Positions 10,164 to 21,527 are shown, numbered from the stretch's first letter. The stretch is DNA of 64,000 nucleotides from an uncultured Verrucomicrobiae bacterium (GCA_963834385.1 CAWIBO010000005.1:192001-256000); one strand, 5' to 3'. Notes: generated by a model from the letters alone, not told the origin. Made by a program: numbers and translations.

Positions 10164-10210
10164 CCTGCTCCCAGGCTCGACGGAGTCTCGCCCTACCGGG
10201 GGAGCGCAGG
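10164..10210 (-). repeat. GTAG-headed REP-like element inside an outer inverted repeat
   Basis: Minus strand GGTAGGGCGAGACTCCGTCGAGCC at 10197-10174, flanked by cctgctccc / gggagcgcagg. Confidence 0.55.
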
Positions 10211-10217
10211 GCGCGGG

Positions 10218-10529
10218 CTAAAGGCCGAGCCCGGCGGGGCCGAGGCCGCCCGTGATCTTCGACATCTCGGAGGAGGCCAGCGCCTTGCCCTGCTCGATGG
10301 CCTGTTTTACCCCGCTCAGGACCATTTCCTCGAGGAAATCGACATCCTCGGGATCAACGATCTCCCGCGCGATCTTGATGGAAACGACGTCGCCGTTCCC
10401 GTTGGCCACGACGGTGACCTTGCCGCCACCGGCCGAGACCTCCACCGTCTTCTCCTCCAGCTCAGCCTGCGTTTTCTGCATCTGCTCCTGCATCTTCTGA
10501 GCCTGCTTCATCAACTTGTTTAGATTCAT
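10218..10529 (-). CDS. ybaB: YbaB/EbfC nucleoid-associated protein
   Basis: MKQAQKMQEQM...SAGGGKVTV...DPEDVDFLEEMV; directly downstream of dnaX. Confidence 0.93.
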   Translation of the reverse strand: MNLNKLMKQAQKMQEQMQKTQAELEEKTVEVSAGGGKVTVVANGNGDVVSIKIAREIVDPEDVDFLEEMVLSGVKQAIEQGKALASSEMSKITGGLGPAGLGL

Positions 10530-10569
10530 AATTCTTTCTCCACCGGGCGAGGGCGCGTCGCCGCGAATG

Positions 10570-12289
<1,720 letters not shown>

Positions 12290-12435
12290 CCGTCCAACTT
12301 AGGCGGCCGGGTTGCTCGACAAAATAGAAAATGCGCGGTCAGGGCTATTTTCGTGCAAAAACGGGATGTCTCGCTGCGGGCGACCATGCGCCAGACCCGT
12401 CCGGGGGAACGGAAGTGGATGTCGAAGGAGCGGCG

Positions 12436-12474
12436 AAAAAGAAACCCCGCCGGATTTCTCCGGCGGGGTTCTTT
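12436..12474 (-). terminator. Intrinsic terminator after the Cys-rich peptide gene
   Basis: 12-bp stem AACCCCGCCGGA/TCCGGCGGGGTT followed by a U-tract on the minus strand. Confidence 0.85.
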
Positions 12475-12480
12475 GTTCAC

Positions 12481-12615
12481 TTACTTACCGATCAGCCCGA
12501 TGCAGCAGGCCCCAGGGCAGCAGGACTGCCCGGCGCCGCAGCAATCAGCCGTCCTCGTCACCGCGGTGGAGGCGGTGAGAGTGACCAGGGCCGCGAGTAA
12601 AAGGAGATACTTCAT
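12481..12615 (-). CDS. 44-aa secreted Cys-rich peptide (CC-x5-CC-x3-CC), not in the ORF track
   Basis: MKYLLLLAALVTLTASTAVTRTADCCGAGQSCCPGACCIGLIGK; SD GAAAGGA just upstream; terminator directly downstream. Confidence 0.75.
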   Translation of the reverse strand: MKYLLLLAALVTLTASTAVTRTADCCGAGQSCCPGACCIGLIGK

Positions 12616-12647
12616 GAGTTCCTTTCGTTTTGCGTTAAGTCGGTTTC

Positions 12648-12665
12648 TCCGGCGCGAACGCCGGA
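12648..12665 (-). promoter_or_regulatory. 7-bp GC hairpin with UUCG tetraloop between the upstream ORF and the peptide RBS
   Basis: Minus strand TCCGGCG-TTCG-CGCCGGA. Confidence 0.6.
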
Positions 12666-12680
12666 CCTCGCGGGTGAGAC

Positions 12681-13010
12681 TCAGGCGCGCGGCGGCGGCA
12701 CCGGGGGTCGGTCAGGGCGACTCGAGATGATCTCTGCCAGCGGAGGGAAGGTCGTCCGGACGGGAATAAAGGAGAGGGCGGCATCGGAGGTGACCAGGGC
12801 AAGAATGAGCGCGGAACAGCCAGCCAGGCAGGTGGCGGCAGGTTCGTCGGGCGACGCGGGCGCATCGTCTCTCGGGCAATGGGGGGCGAGGTTGGTGGCG
12901 CAGCACGAGGAAGCCGGTTTATCCGCCAGGGGCAGCGGTTTGCCCACAGCCGGGCAAAGAAAAACCGCGCCGCAGACGAGCAGGGCAAAGAGGGAGATGC
13001 CGCGGACCAC
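12681..13010 (-). CDS. Cys-rich exported protein with Pro-rich C-terminus (putative stalling leader ORF, DUF2946/CutF-like architecture)
   Basis: GTG start 6 nt after TATAAT; hydrophobic N-terminus; CC, HC and CxxxC; ends RPDRPPVPPPRA. Confidence 0.65.
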   Translation of the reverse strand: MVRGISLFALLVCGAVFLCPAVGKPLPLADKPASSCCATNLAPHCPRDDAPASPDEPAATCLAGCSALILALVTSDAALSFIPVRTTFPPLAEIISSRPDRPPVPPPRA

Positions 13011-13016
13011 GGTGGC

Positions 13017-13022
13017 ATTATA
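13017..13022 (-). promoter_or_regulatory. Consensus -10 box (TATAAT), consistent with a leaderless transcript
   Basis: Perfect TATAAT 6 nt upstream of GTG 13010 in a GC-rich context. Confidence 0.6.
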
Positions 13023-13192
13023 CGCGAGAGGAGCGGAGAGGGCGAGGCGAACATGCGGGGTTGGCCTATTCGGAGGGACGCGCTTTGGCGCGTCCAGGGC
13101 GGGGCCATAATCCGTCACGAAGATTCGCGGGCGGCAAAGCATGTTTTGCCCGCTTTCCATTGGAGTGAATCCTGTTCATTCTCCAGGCACAC

Positions 13193-14374
13193 ATGAAAAA
13201 TATTGTTGCCGGCATGGCGGCGCTCCTCGTGCTGACGGGAGCCGCTTCCGCGCGTGAACCGCAGACCTCACCGCCCGTAAAGGCCACGCGGGCGCGAGAC
13301 CTTGGCGTCCCCTTCGAGGGCACGCCGGGAAAATGGAACGCGATCACGGACGTGGACGGCGTCACCGTGGGATACACCACGCTGGTGGCGGGCGAAGGAA
13401 AGCTGGAGGTGGGCAAAGGGCCGGTCCGGACCGGCGTGACGGTGATCCTGCCGCGCGGACGGAAATCGCTGAACGACCCGGTGTATGCCGGCTCCTTCAG
13501 CCTGAACGGGAATGGCGAGATGACCGGCACCGCCTGGATGGAGGAGAGCGGTTTTCTGGAGGGGCCGATCGTCGTGACGAACACCCACAGTGTCGGGGTG
13601 GCGCGCGATGCCGTGGTGGCGTGGCGGGTGGCCCAGGCGGGCGCCGACAAGACGGGTTACTGGTGGAGCCTGCCCGTGGTGGCGGAGACATGGGACGGTT
13701 ATCTCAATGATGTGAACGGATTTCATGTCAGGGCCGAGCACGTTCAAAAAGCGCTCGAGTCAGCGGCCGGCGGTGCGATCGCCGAAGGCAGCGTGGGCGG
13801 TGGGACGGGCATGATCGCCTATGAGTTCAAGGGGGGCACCGGAACCGCCTCCCGGGTGGTGCCGGGGAAGAAGGGACCGTCTTATACGGTCGGGGTGCTG
13901 GTGCAGGCCAACTGCGGTCTTCGCCGCCAGTTGATGGTCGCCGGGGTGCCGGTCGGCCAGGAGATTCCGGAAAACGCGATTTTCAGCAAGGAAACAGGCT
14001 CGATCATCATTGTGATTGCGACGGATGCGCCGCTCCTCCCGCACCAATTGAAACGGCTGGCACGGCGAGCCACCCACGGCCTCGCGCGCACCGGGGCGAC
14101 CTCGGGCAACGGGTCGGGCGATATCTTCGTCGCGTTCTCTACGGCCAATCCGGGCGCGGCGGATCCCGAAGAGCCGGTGCGGACGGTCGGCACCATCCCG
14201 AACGATCGCATCGACCCGCTTTTCAATGCGGTGGTTCACGCCACCGAGGAGGCGATCATCAACGCGCTGGTGAACAATTCACCGATGACGGGGCGGGACG
14301 GCCACAAGGTGGACGCCCTGCCGCACGATCGCCTGCGGGAGCTGATGAAAAAATATCATCGCCTTCCGCAGTAA
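13193..14374 (+). CDS. P1/S58 (DmpA-like) aminopeptidase with signal peptide
   Basis: NAITDVDGVTVG, RTGVTVILP, GSVGGGTG and GNGSGDIF (autoprocessing site). Confidence 0.9.
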   Translation: MKNIVAGMAALLVLTGAASAREPQTSPPVKATRARDLGVPFEGTPGKWNAITDVDGVTVGYTTLVAGEGKLEVGKGPVRTGVTVILPRGRKSLNDPVYAGSFSLNGNGEMTGTAWMEESGFLEGPIVVTNTHSVGVARDAVVAWRVAQAGADKTGYWWSLPVVAETWDGYLNDVNGFHVRAEHVQKALESAAGGAIAEGSVGGGTGMIAYEFKGGTGTASRVVPGKKGPSYTVGVLVQANCGLRRQLMVAGVPVGQEIPENAIFSKETGSIIIVIATDAPLLPHQLKRLARRATHGLARTGATSGNGSGDIFVAFSTANPGAADPEEPVRTVGTIPNDRIDPLFNAVVHATEEAIINALVNNSPMTGRDGHKVDALPHDRLRELMKKYHRLPQ

Positions 14375-14393
14375 CGGTGCCCATGCTCCGCCT

Positions 14394-14756
14394 GTGAGCG
14401 ACCCGGCAAAGGCCTCGGCGCGAGGCGGCTGGCCCACCAAATGGCGGGTTCTTTCCTACGTGGGCGCCTGGGTGGCCACCTTGTTCGCGTTGGACGCCCG
14501 GCTGCTTCCGCTGGCCTACATGTTTCCCATGGGGCTCTATGCCGCGGTCGTGCGCCCGGACAGCGGCAACGGGCCGGACACGGGATGGCCTCTGATCATT
14601 GGCGGTTGGCTCCTTTACCTGGTCCACGCCGTGATTTTTTTTCGGGCCCGCACGTCACGCAGCTTCTGGGTGGCCGCGGGCGTCCTGGTGCTGCTCCTGG
14701 TGGTCAATATCGGCGGGTGCCAGGTGATGCTGAAAGGCACCGGCTACGGCTGGTAA
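14394..14756 (+). CDS. Small membrane protein
   Basis: 3-4 hydrophobic segments; fills the gap between two recognisable genes. Confidence 0.6.
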   Translation: MSDPAKASARGGWPTKWRVLSYVGAWVATLFALDARLLPLAYMFPMGLYAAVVRPDSGNGPDTGWPLIIGGWLLYLVHAVIFFRARTSRSFWVAAGVLVLLLVVNIGGCQVMLKGTGYGW

Positions 14757-14777
14757 CCGCGGCCGCCCCGCGGTGCG

Positions 14778-16104
14778 TCAACTTTTCTTGTCGCCGGCTT
14801 CAAGGGTGCCGGCCTTGATCAGAGTCATTTTTCCGGGCTGCAGATGCTTTTTGATGGCACCGTTGACCTCTTCGAGGGTGAGGGCGGCGACGCGTTCCGG
14901 ATATTGATCGATCCAGTTGACGTCGTAGCCGCGATGAATCGCCTCGAGCAGGGCATTGGCCAGGCCGTCGGTGGTGGCGAGCCCGACCTTGAAAGTCCCG
15001 GCAAGGGCGGTTTTCACGCGCTCGAGTTCGTCCTTCGTCACGCCTTCCTGATACCACTTGTCGAGCTCGCGCCGGGTTGAAGTCATGCCTTTCTCGAGCA
15101 GTTCCGGGGCGAAATTGGCCGTGATCTGCCAGTCGCCATCGGCGAGGGAATCACCGGAAAGACCGGCTCCAATACCGTAGGTGAGTCCCTCGCGGTCGCG
15201 CACGTTCGCCATCAGGCGCCCGGTAAAGCCGCGACCGAGGATGGCGGTGCCGACGCGGAGAGCGAGCGCATCGGGATCCTTGTAACGCAGGCCGCTGGCC
15301 TGGCCGAGCACGACCGAGACGTTGGGCTTGTCGGGCATGGCCACCACTTCCTCGCGCGCCTTCTCCGCGCCCGGCGCCTTGGGGACTTCCGGGCGGTTCT
15401 TTCCGCCCTGCCAGTCCTTGAAAGCCTCGGCCATCTCTTTCTTCAGGGTCTCAACTTCAAAATCGCCGACGACAACAAGGGTCGCCTGGGCCGGACCGTA
15501 GTGGCTGGCATGAAAAGACTTCACCTCTTCGAGCCGGGCGGTGTTGAGCGCGGCGATGAAGTCCTTCACCGAGGGCGTGTAATTCGGGTGGTTCTTCGGG
15601 AAGACAGCCTCGGCAAAGGCCTGGTTGGCGCGGAAATCGGTGTTCTCGAGAGCGCGCTGAAGACTGCCGGCAATCTGCTTCTTCAGTTTCTCGAACTCTT
15701 CCGCGGCAAAAGGCCGGGGAACGGAGTTGCTCGGCCAGCAGTTCAATGACGAGGGGAAGATCGCGGCGCAGACATTTTCCCTTGAACTCGACCATGACGC
15801 CGCCAACCGAGAAATCGATGGTGGCCCCGATTTGTTCGAGTTTCTGCGCGATGGCAAACTTGTCCTGTTTCGTCGTTCCTTGATCGAGCATCTCGCCCGT
15901 GAGGGTGGGAATGGCGATGTTGGAGGACGGCGCAAAACTGTCGCCGGCGGGGAGCGAACCGCGAAAGGTGACGACCTCTTCGACCTCCGTGGGATAGGCG
16001 ATCAGATCGATGCCGGCGACTTCGGTGCGCGAGATCTTGTCGGAAATGTTGACCGCCGCCTGGGTGGTGACGGCGAACGCGAGGAGGAGAAAAATCTGTT
16101 TCAT
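14778..16104 (-). CDS. M16 peptidase, non-catalytic subunit; frameshift at about 15710 (probable extra base in a homopolymer)
   Basis: MLDQGT in one frame and GRLMANVRDREGLTYG in the next; the join falls at a TTTT run. Confidence 0.85.
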
Positions 16105-16133
16105 GGTGGTGACAGGATGGAGCGGGGCTTGGC

Positions 16134-17555
16134 TCACGGAGCGGCGGAGGCGGATTGGGCGCCGCCGGGCTTTTGCGGGATGAACCACCCGACGGTGCGC
16201 TGGTCTTCGTCGAAATATTTTTGGGCCACCTGTTTGACCGCCTCCGGGGTGACCTTTTTGAGGGCCTCTTCCTCCCGGACGTAAAGAGTCCAGTCGCCCG
16301 CGGCGATGTATTCGTTGAGGGTGCTGGCGATGGCATAGGAACCGTCCCGGCCATAAGCGGCGGCGGCGAGGATCCGCGCCACGGCGGAATCAACCTCGGC
16401 CTTGGTGACGCCCTCCTTCTTCACGCGCTCCAGTTCTTCGATGATGATCTTCTCGACCTGTTCATGCGAAACGCCGGGTGCGAGGTTGCCATAGACGATG
16501 TGCAGGGAGGGATCGTGGAAAAAGCCGAGGTCGCCCCGGACGCTGGTGGTGAGATTCTTGTCGGTGAGCGCGCGATAGAAACGGCTGTTTTTGCCGTTGC
16601 TCAGGATGACGTCGAGCGTCTTCAGGGCCGCGATATCCTCATGGCGCGCCGCCGGGGTTTTGTGCGCCACGCCCACCACGCCCAGCTCGCCTGCGCGTTT
16701 CACCGTGACCCGACGCGGTCCGCGCTGTTCCGGTTCCTCGGTATAGACGGCCGGGATCGGCGCGGGCGACTTGGGAATGTTTCCGTAATGTTCCTTGATC
16801 AACGCGAGCGCCCGGGCCGGCTCGAAATCGCCGATGACCGAAACGGTGGCGTTGTCAGGCCAGTAGAACGTCTTGTAAAATTCCTGGAGTTTTTCGATCG
16901 GCACATTCTCGATGTCGCTCCGCCAGCCGATGGTCGAATGATGGTAGGGATGGGCCAGGTAGGCGGCGGCGAAGATTTCCTTTTCCAGGGCCTGCATCGG
17001 CTGGTTTTCGCCGATCTCAAATTCGTTCCGCACCACCGTCATCTCGGGTTTCCGGTCTTCGTCTTTCAACCAGAGGTTTTTCATCCGGTCGGCCTCGATC
17101 TCGACGTATTTCTCGAGATGCTCGCTCCCGATGTTGGCATAATAATTGGTCCGATCGAGCCAGGTGGTGGCGTTGTAGATGCCGCCGATTCGCTCCAGGA
17201 GCTGGTCGACGCTGGTGCCGTTCACCCGGTTGAACTTCGGCGTGCCCTTGAACATGAGATGCTCGAGGAGGTGGGTCGCGCCGGTTGTGCCGGTGACCTC
17301 GTTCCGGGAGCCGACCCGGTAGGTGACCATGAAGGTGACCGTCGGGGTGGAATGTTCCGGCTTGAGCAGGACCTGGAGATTGTTGCTCTCCAGGCGGTAC
17401 TCCGAAATCTCCCCCACGGTTTTGACGTGGGCAAAGCCGGCAGCCTTGACGGGTGCGGCCGCGGGCGCAGCCGCCGGGGAAGGCGATGGAGCCGGGCTGG
17501 GGTCAGCCGCCAGGGCGGCCAGGGGGAGGAAGAGGGGAAGGAGACGCAGTTTCAT
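16134..17555 (-). CDS. M16 zinc peptidase, catalytic subunit
   Basis: HLLEHLMFKGT inverted zinc motif, NATT and FYWPDNA; signal peptide. Confidence 0.93.
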   Translation of the reverse strand: MKLRLLPLFLPLAALAADPSPAPSPSPAAAPAAAPVKAAGFAHVKTVGEISEYRLESNNLQVLLKPEHSTPTVTFMVTYRVGSRNEVTGTTGATHLLEHLMFKGTPKFNRVNGTSVDQLLERIGGIYNATTWLDRTNYYANIGSEHLEKYVEIEADRMKNLWLKDEDRKPEMTVVRNEFEIGENQPMQALEKEIFAAAYLAHPYHHSTIGWRSDIENVPIEKLQEFYKTFYWPDNATVSVIGDFEPARALALIKEHYGNIPKSPAPIPAVYTEEPEQRGPRRVTVKRAGELGVVGVAHKTPAARHEDIAALKTLDVILSNGKNSRFYRALTDKNLTTSVRGDLGFFHDPSLHIVYGNLAPGVSHEQVEKIIIEELERVKKEGVTKAEVDSAVARILAAAAYGRDGSYAIASTLNEYIAAGDWTLYVREEEALKKVTPEAVKQVAQKYFDEDQRTVGWFIPQKPGGAQSASAAP

Positions 17556-17659
17556 GACGTGAAGCAGATAGACTGCCAGAAGACGCGCTTGGTTCAACGG
17601 CATTTCCGGGCTTATGAAGAACCCTTCCTGCCGCCGGCCAATGGCTTTGCCCCGATCGG

Positions 17660-20600
17660 TCAGTTGCTGGCGGCGAGGGCCGGCTCTTCCTCGAGGGAAA
17701 GATTGCGCTGCGCCCCGACTTTTGGGGTTTCCCCGGCGGCCTGCGCATTCGGGGCCGGCGCCATCTTCATCCCGACAAGCCGGCTGACTCCGCGTTCCTC
17801 CATGGTGACGCCATAGAGAACGTCCGCCTTGGCAATGGTGCGCTTGTTGTGCGTGATGATGATGAACTGGCTCTGGTCGACGAAGCGATCGAGCATCTTG
17901 ATGAAGCGATTGATGTTCGATTCATCCAGGGGAGCATCCATCTCATCGAGGATGCAAAACGGGCTCGGCCGCACCATGTAGATGGCGAAGAGGAGGGCCA
18001 CCGCGGTCATGGTCCGTTCGCCGCCGGAAAGCAGGGAAACGCTCTGGAGCTGTTTCCCCGGCGGTTTGGCGATAATGTCGATGCCGCACTCGAGCGGATC
18101 GTTCTCGTCCATTAACCGCAGATCCGCTTTGCCGCCGCCAAAGAGCTCGGCAAACATCTCACGGAAATTGATCCGGACCTGCGCAAAGGTGTCGGCAAAG
18201 AGTTTCTGGGTGGTCTCGTTGATCCGGGCGATGACGTCGAGCAGCTCGGCGCGCGCCTTGACGAGGTCGCTGTTCTGGTTCTCGAGAAACCGGAAACGCT
18301 CCTCCAGTTCGTCGTATTCCTGGACCGCGTCCAGGTTCACCGGCCCCATCTGGTCAAGCTGACGGGTCAGTTCGGCAATCAAACGCTCGAGATCGGCCTC
18401 GGGCACCGCGGGGGCGTCGGACTGACCGGCTGGCGACGCGTCGTCGTCGGCAGACATCGCGGCCGGCTCACCTTCCGCCGTCACCATCTCAGTCCGGCCG
18501 CGGCGGGTCGTCTGGGCCCGGAGCGTTTTCTGGAAGGCATATTGATCGGGGGCAAATTCGCGAAGATCGACCTGGTAACGCCGGGCGACATGCTCGGCGA
18601 GATGGTCCAACCGCAACTGCAGCTGCGTCTGGCGCACCTCGTGTCGCCCGCGTTCATCGCGCAGCTCGCTGATGACATCGCGTGCGGAGCGCAGTGCAGC
18701 CTCGATCCGGGTGGCTTCGGCCAGCTTCTCCGCCCGGGCGGCTGCCAGTTTTTCCAGCGTTTGCTCCAGTGCACCGAGGTCCGCGGTCAGGCGGGCGATG
18801 GCTTTCTCCGCCTCGGCCGACTCCGCCGCCTGGGTTTCCAGCCGCCGCGAGCCGTTCTCGATGTCGGCTCGCCGACCGCTGATGATTTCCTCCAGCTCGC
18901 GCGCGCGCGCCGTCATCGGTTCGCGCTGCTGCACCAGGCTTTCGTGCCGCTGGCGTTCCGTGGCCACAAGAAGGCGAAGCTCGGTCAATTGCGCGGCCAC
19001 CTCTGTTTCCGCCGCTTCCGCTTCGGCACAGGCGGTGGTCAGCTCGCGCACCCGGTCCTGCCGGGTGGTCAGCTCTTCCCGGGAGCGCTGGATGTCGCCC
19101 TCAAGATCCTCGAGGCGCCGGTCGGCCGCGGCGATCTGGCTTTGCAGGGTGGTCCGCTCGCTCTCGAGCGTTCGCAGGCGGCTCTCCGCCTCGTGGTAAT
19201 CGCGCTCGAGCAGCATGAGCTCCTTCTCCGAGGTGGCGTTCCGGGCGTGCGCCGATTGCTGGCGTTGCCGGACTTCCTCCACCAGGGCCACGGCGGTGGC
19301 CATGGCGGTGCGCGCCATTTCGCGCGCGGAAAGCATGGCGGCGCGTCGCTGCTCCAGTTCCTCCAGTTCCGCCGCCAGCGCGGTGACCATGGCCCGGCGT
19401 GAGAGGATGGAATCGCTCTGCGCGGTGGCTTTTCCGCCGAAAAGGAGACCGGACGCGGAGAGAAATTCCCCCTCGAGGGTGGCCAGGGCGAGACCGGGAT
19501 GCAGAGCGCGCAGATCGAGCGCCGCTCTGAGGTCGTTCACGAGGACGACATCGCGCAGGAGAACCTGCACCAGCCCCCGAAGTTTCTCCGGCGCGCCAAC
19601 CTTGTCCGCGGCCCAGCCGAGGGTGCCGGCGGGGAGGGAACGATCACTCGGCTGCGGAATCTCGGCGGCGAAGGAAGGCAGGGCGAGCACCGCCTGCCCG
19701 AGGTCGCGGCTCTTGAGAGAGTGAAAAATTTCATCCGCGCGGGCGGGGTCGTCGAGGACAACGGCGTGCAGGCTGCGCCCGAGCGCCGCTTCGATGGCGG
19801 CGACAAAGCGGTTTTCCACATCGAGATGCGAGACGAGCGCGCCGGCAAGGGCGGCGCGGATATGGTCAGGCTGATCGCTCGCCTGCAGCAGCGCCTGCGA
19901 GCCGGCGGCCAGTCCTTCGCCCTGCTCGTTCAACTGCTGGAGAATCTCGAGCCGTGATCTCTTCTCCGTCACCAGTCGTTCGACTGCGTGCAGTTCCTCC
20001 TCCGCCTCCCCGGTCCGGCCCTGGTGAGCCACGGACTCGCGTTCCGCCACCTGGAGCTGGGCGATCAGACCTTCGAGGGTGTGGCGTCCGCTCTCCATCG
20101 AGCTTCGGCCGGCGGCGAGTTGCCCCCGCTTTTCCTCCAGCGACTTCGAAGCCTCCTCGGCTGCCGACGAAAGTTCGGTGATGCGGGCCGCCGTGGCTTC
20201 ACGACGCGCGGCGGTGCCCTGTACCTCAGCGAGGAGGTTTTCGACGCGGGCTTCAAGACGGGAAAGACCCACCTGCAAGTCATGCAGCTCGGTTTCGTTC
20301 GCAGCCCGTTCCTCCCGCGCCGCCGCGAGGCGATTCTCGAATCCGGTGGCGTCATTCTCCTGCGTCAGGAGGAGAGCGGCGATTTTCTCAATCTGGTCGG
20401 AGGCAGCCTGGATCTCGGCCGCCTGCTGCTCTTTCTTGGCCTCGGCCGCGTCGATCTCCGCCTGGTAACGCTGCATCAACCCGCGCAGTTCTTCGCCGCG
20501 CTGCTGGTTGAACTCGATCCGGCTCCGGTTGCTGTGCAGATCGTTCTGCAGCAACTGCTGTTCGCCGCGCGCCTCGTTGATCTGGCCCTCGATCCCGGCC

Positions 20601-21427
20601 AGCTCCTCTCGTTCACGCGTCGCTTTCGCCTCGCTTTCGCGGATGGCGTCCTGCGCTTTTTCCTCCCGGGCCGAGAGCGATGCGGCCTGGGCGCGCGATT
20701 CCTCCGCCTCCGCGGAGAGACGGTCGAATTCGCGGCGGGAATGGTGGGTGTCGAGCACGCGCAGGTCGGTCAGGATCGCCTGGTAACGGCGGGCCTTGCC
20801 GGCCTGCCGCTGGAGGGAACCGATCTGGCGTTTCACCTCCTTGATGACGTCGCCGATGCGAAGAAGGTTCGCCTCCGTGGCCTCAAGCTTGCGCAAGGCT
20901 TCGCGCTTCTGCGTCTTGTATTTCGTGATCCCGGCGGCCTCCTCGAAAACCGCGCGCCGGTCTTCCGGACGCGAACTCAGAATCTGGTCGATCTTCCCCT
21001 GCTCCATGATGGAGTAGGCGCTGCGGCCGACGCCGGTGTCGGCGAAAAGCCCGTGGATGTCCTTGAGGCGGCAGACGTTCTTGTTCAGGAGATACTCGGA
21101 ATTGCCGTCGCGGTAGACGCGGCGGGTCACGCGCACATCATGCCAGTCAACGCCCAGTTCCTGGTCGCACTCGGTGAAGGTGAGGGAGACTTCGGCAAAC
21201 CCGAGGGGCTTGCGCGACTCGGTGCCGCTGAAAATGACGTCGGCCATTTCGCCGCCGCGGAGGGCCTTGGCCGACTGCTCGCCGAGGACCCAGCGCACGG
21301 CATCGAGCACGTTCGACTTGCCGCAGCCGTTGGGGCCGACGATGGCGGTGACGCCCTCGTGGAAATTGAAGGTGGTTTTGTCGGCAAACGACTTGAAGCC
21401 GACCAGCTCGAGCGATTGTAAATGCAT
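17660..21427 (-). CDS. smc: Chromosome segregation protein SMC
   Basis: GFKSF, GPNGCGKSN, long coiled coils with hinge, LSGGE and LDEMDAPLD. Confidence 0.96.
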   Translation of the reverse strand: MHLQSLELVGFKSFADKTTFNFHEGVTAIVGPNGCGKSNVLDAVRWVLGEQSAKALRGGEMADVIFSGTESRKPLGFAEVSLTFTECDQELGVDWHDVRVTRRVYRDGNSEYLLNKNVCRLKDIHGLFADTGVGRSAYSIMEQGKIDQILSSRPEDRRAVFEEAAGITKYKTQKREALRKLEATEANLLRIGDVIKEVKRQIGSLQRQAGKARRYQAILTDLRVLDTHHSRREFDRLSAEAEESRAQAASLSAREEKAQDAIRESEAKATREREELAGIEGQINEARGEQQLLQNDLHSNRSRIEFNQQRGEELRGLMQRYQAEIDAAEAKKEQQAAEIQAASDQIEKIAALLLTQENDATGFENRLAAAREERAANETELHDLQVGLSRLEARVENLLAEVQGTAARREATAARITELSSAAEEASKSLEEKRGQLAAGRSSMESGRHTLEGLIAQLQVAERESVAHQGRTGEAEEELHAVERLVTEKRSRLEILQQLNEQGEGLAAGSQALLQASDQPDHIRAALAGALVSHLDVENRFVAAIEAALGRSLHAVVLDDPARADEIFHSLKSRDLGQAVLALPSFAAEIPQPSDRSLPAGTLGWAADKVGAPEKLRGLVQVLLRDVVLVNDLRAALDLRALHPGLALATLEGEFLSASGLLFGGKATAQSDSILSRRAMVTALAAELEELEQRRAAMLSAREMARTAMATAVALVEEVRQRQQSAHARNATSEKELMLLERDYHEAESRLRTLESERTTLQSQIAAADRRLEDLEGDIQRSREELTTRQDRVRELTTACAEAEAAETEVAAQLTELRLLVATERQRHESLVQQREPMTARARELEEIISGRRADIENGSRRLETQAAESAEAEKAIARLTADLGALEQTLEKLAAARAEKLAEATRIEAALRSARDVISELRDERGRHEVRQTQLQLRLDHLAEHVARRYQVDLREFAPDQYAFQKTLRAQTTRRGRTEMVTAEGEPAAMSADDDASPAGQSDAPAVPEADLERLIAELTRQLDQMGPVNLDAVQEYDELEERFRFLENQNSDLVKARAELLDVIARINETTQKLFADTFAQVRINFREMFAELFGGGKADLRLMDENDPLECGIDIIAKPPGKQLQSVSLLSGGERTMTAVALLFAIYMVRPSPFCILDEMDAPLDESNINRFIKMLDRFVDQSQFIIITHNKRTIAKADVLYGVTMEERGVSRLVGMKMAPAPNAQAAGETPKVGAQRNLSLEEEPALAASN

Positions 21428-21527
21428 GCGGGTTAGGGGCGGTGCGCCTGGTGAACCGTGCTTAGCGCAACCGGCGGGGGCTGACAAGACTTTTCCTACA
21501 CCTTAAAGCGTAGGGGAGGGGGACCCT

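Noticed and set aside
10030..10210. CRISPR array
   Set aside because: Units are 7-9 nt tandem repeats without unique spacers, and there are no cas genes.
10110..10523. ORF starting MLVLCVLCALCG
   Set aside because: Translation of the 9-mer repeat plus the antisense strand of ybaB.
12300..12435. Possible SRP RNA or tRNA upstream of dnaX
   Set aside because: No SRP domain IV motif or cloverleaf is visible.
15700..15725. Programmed frameshift or pseudogene in the M16 subunit
   Set aside because: One extra base in a T-run explains the break; same error type as elsewhere in the window.
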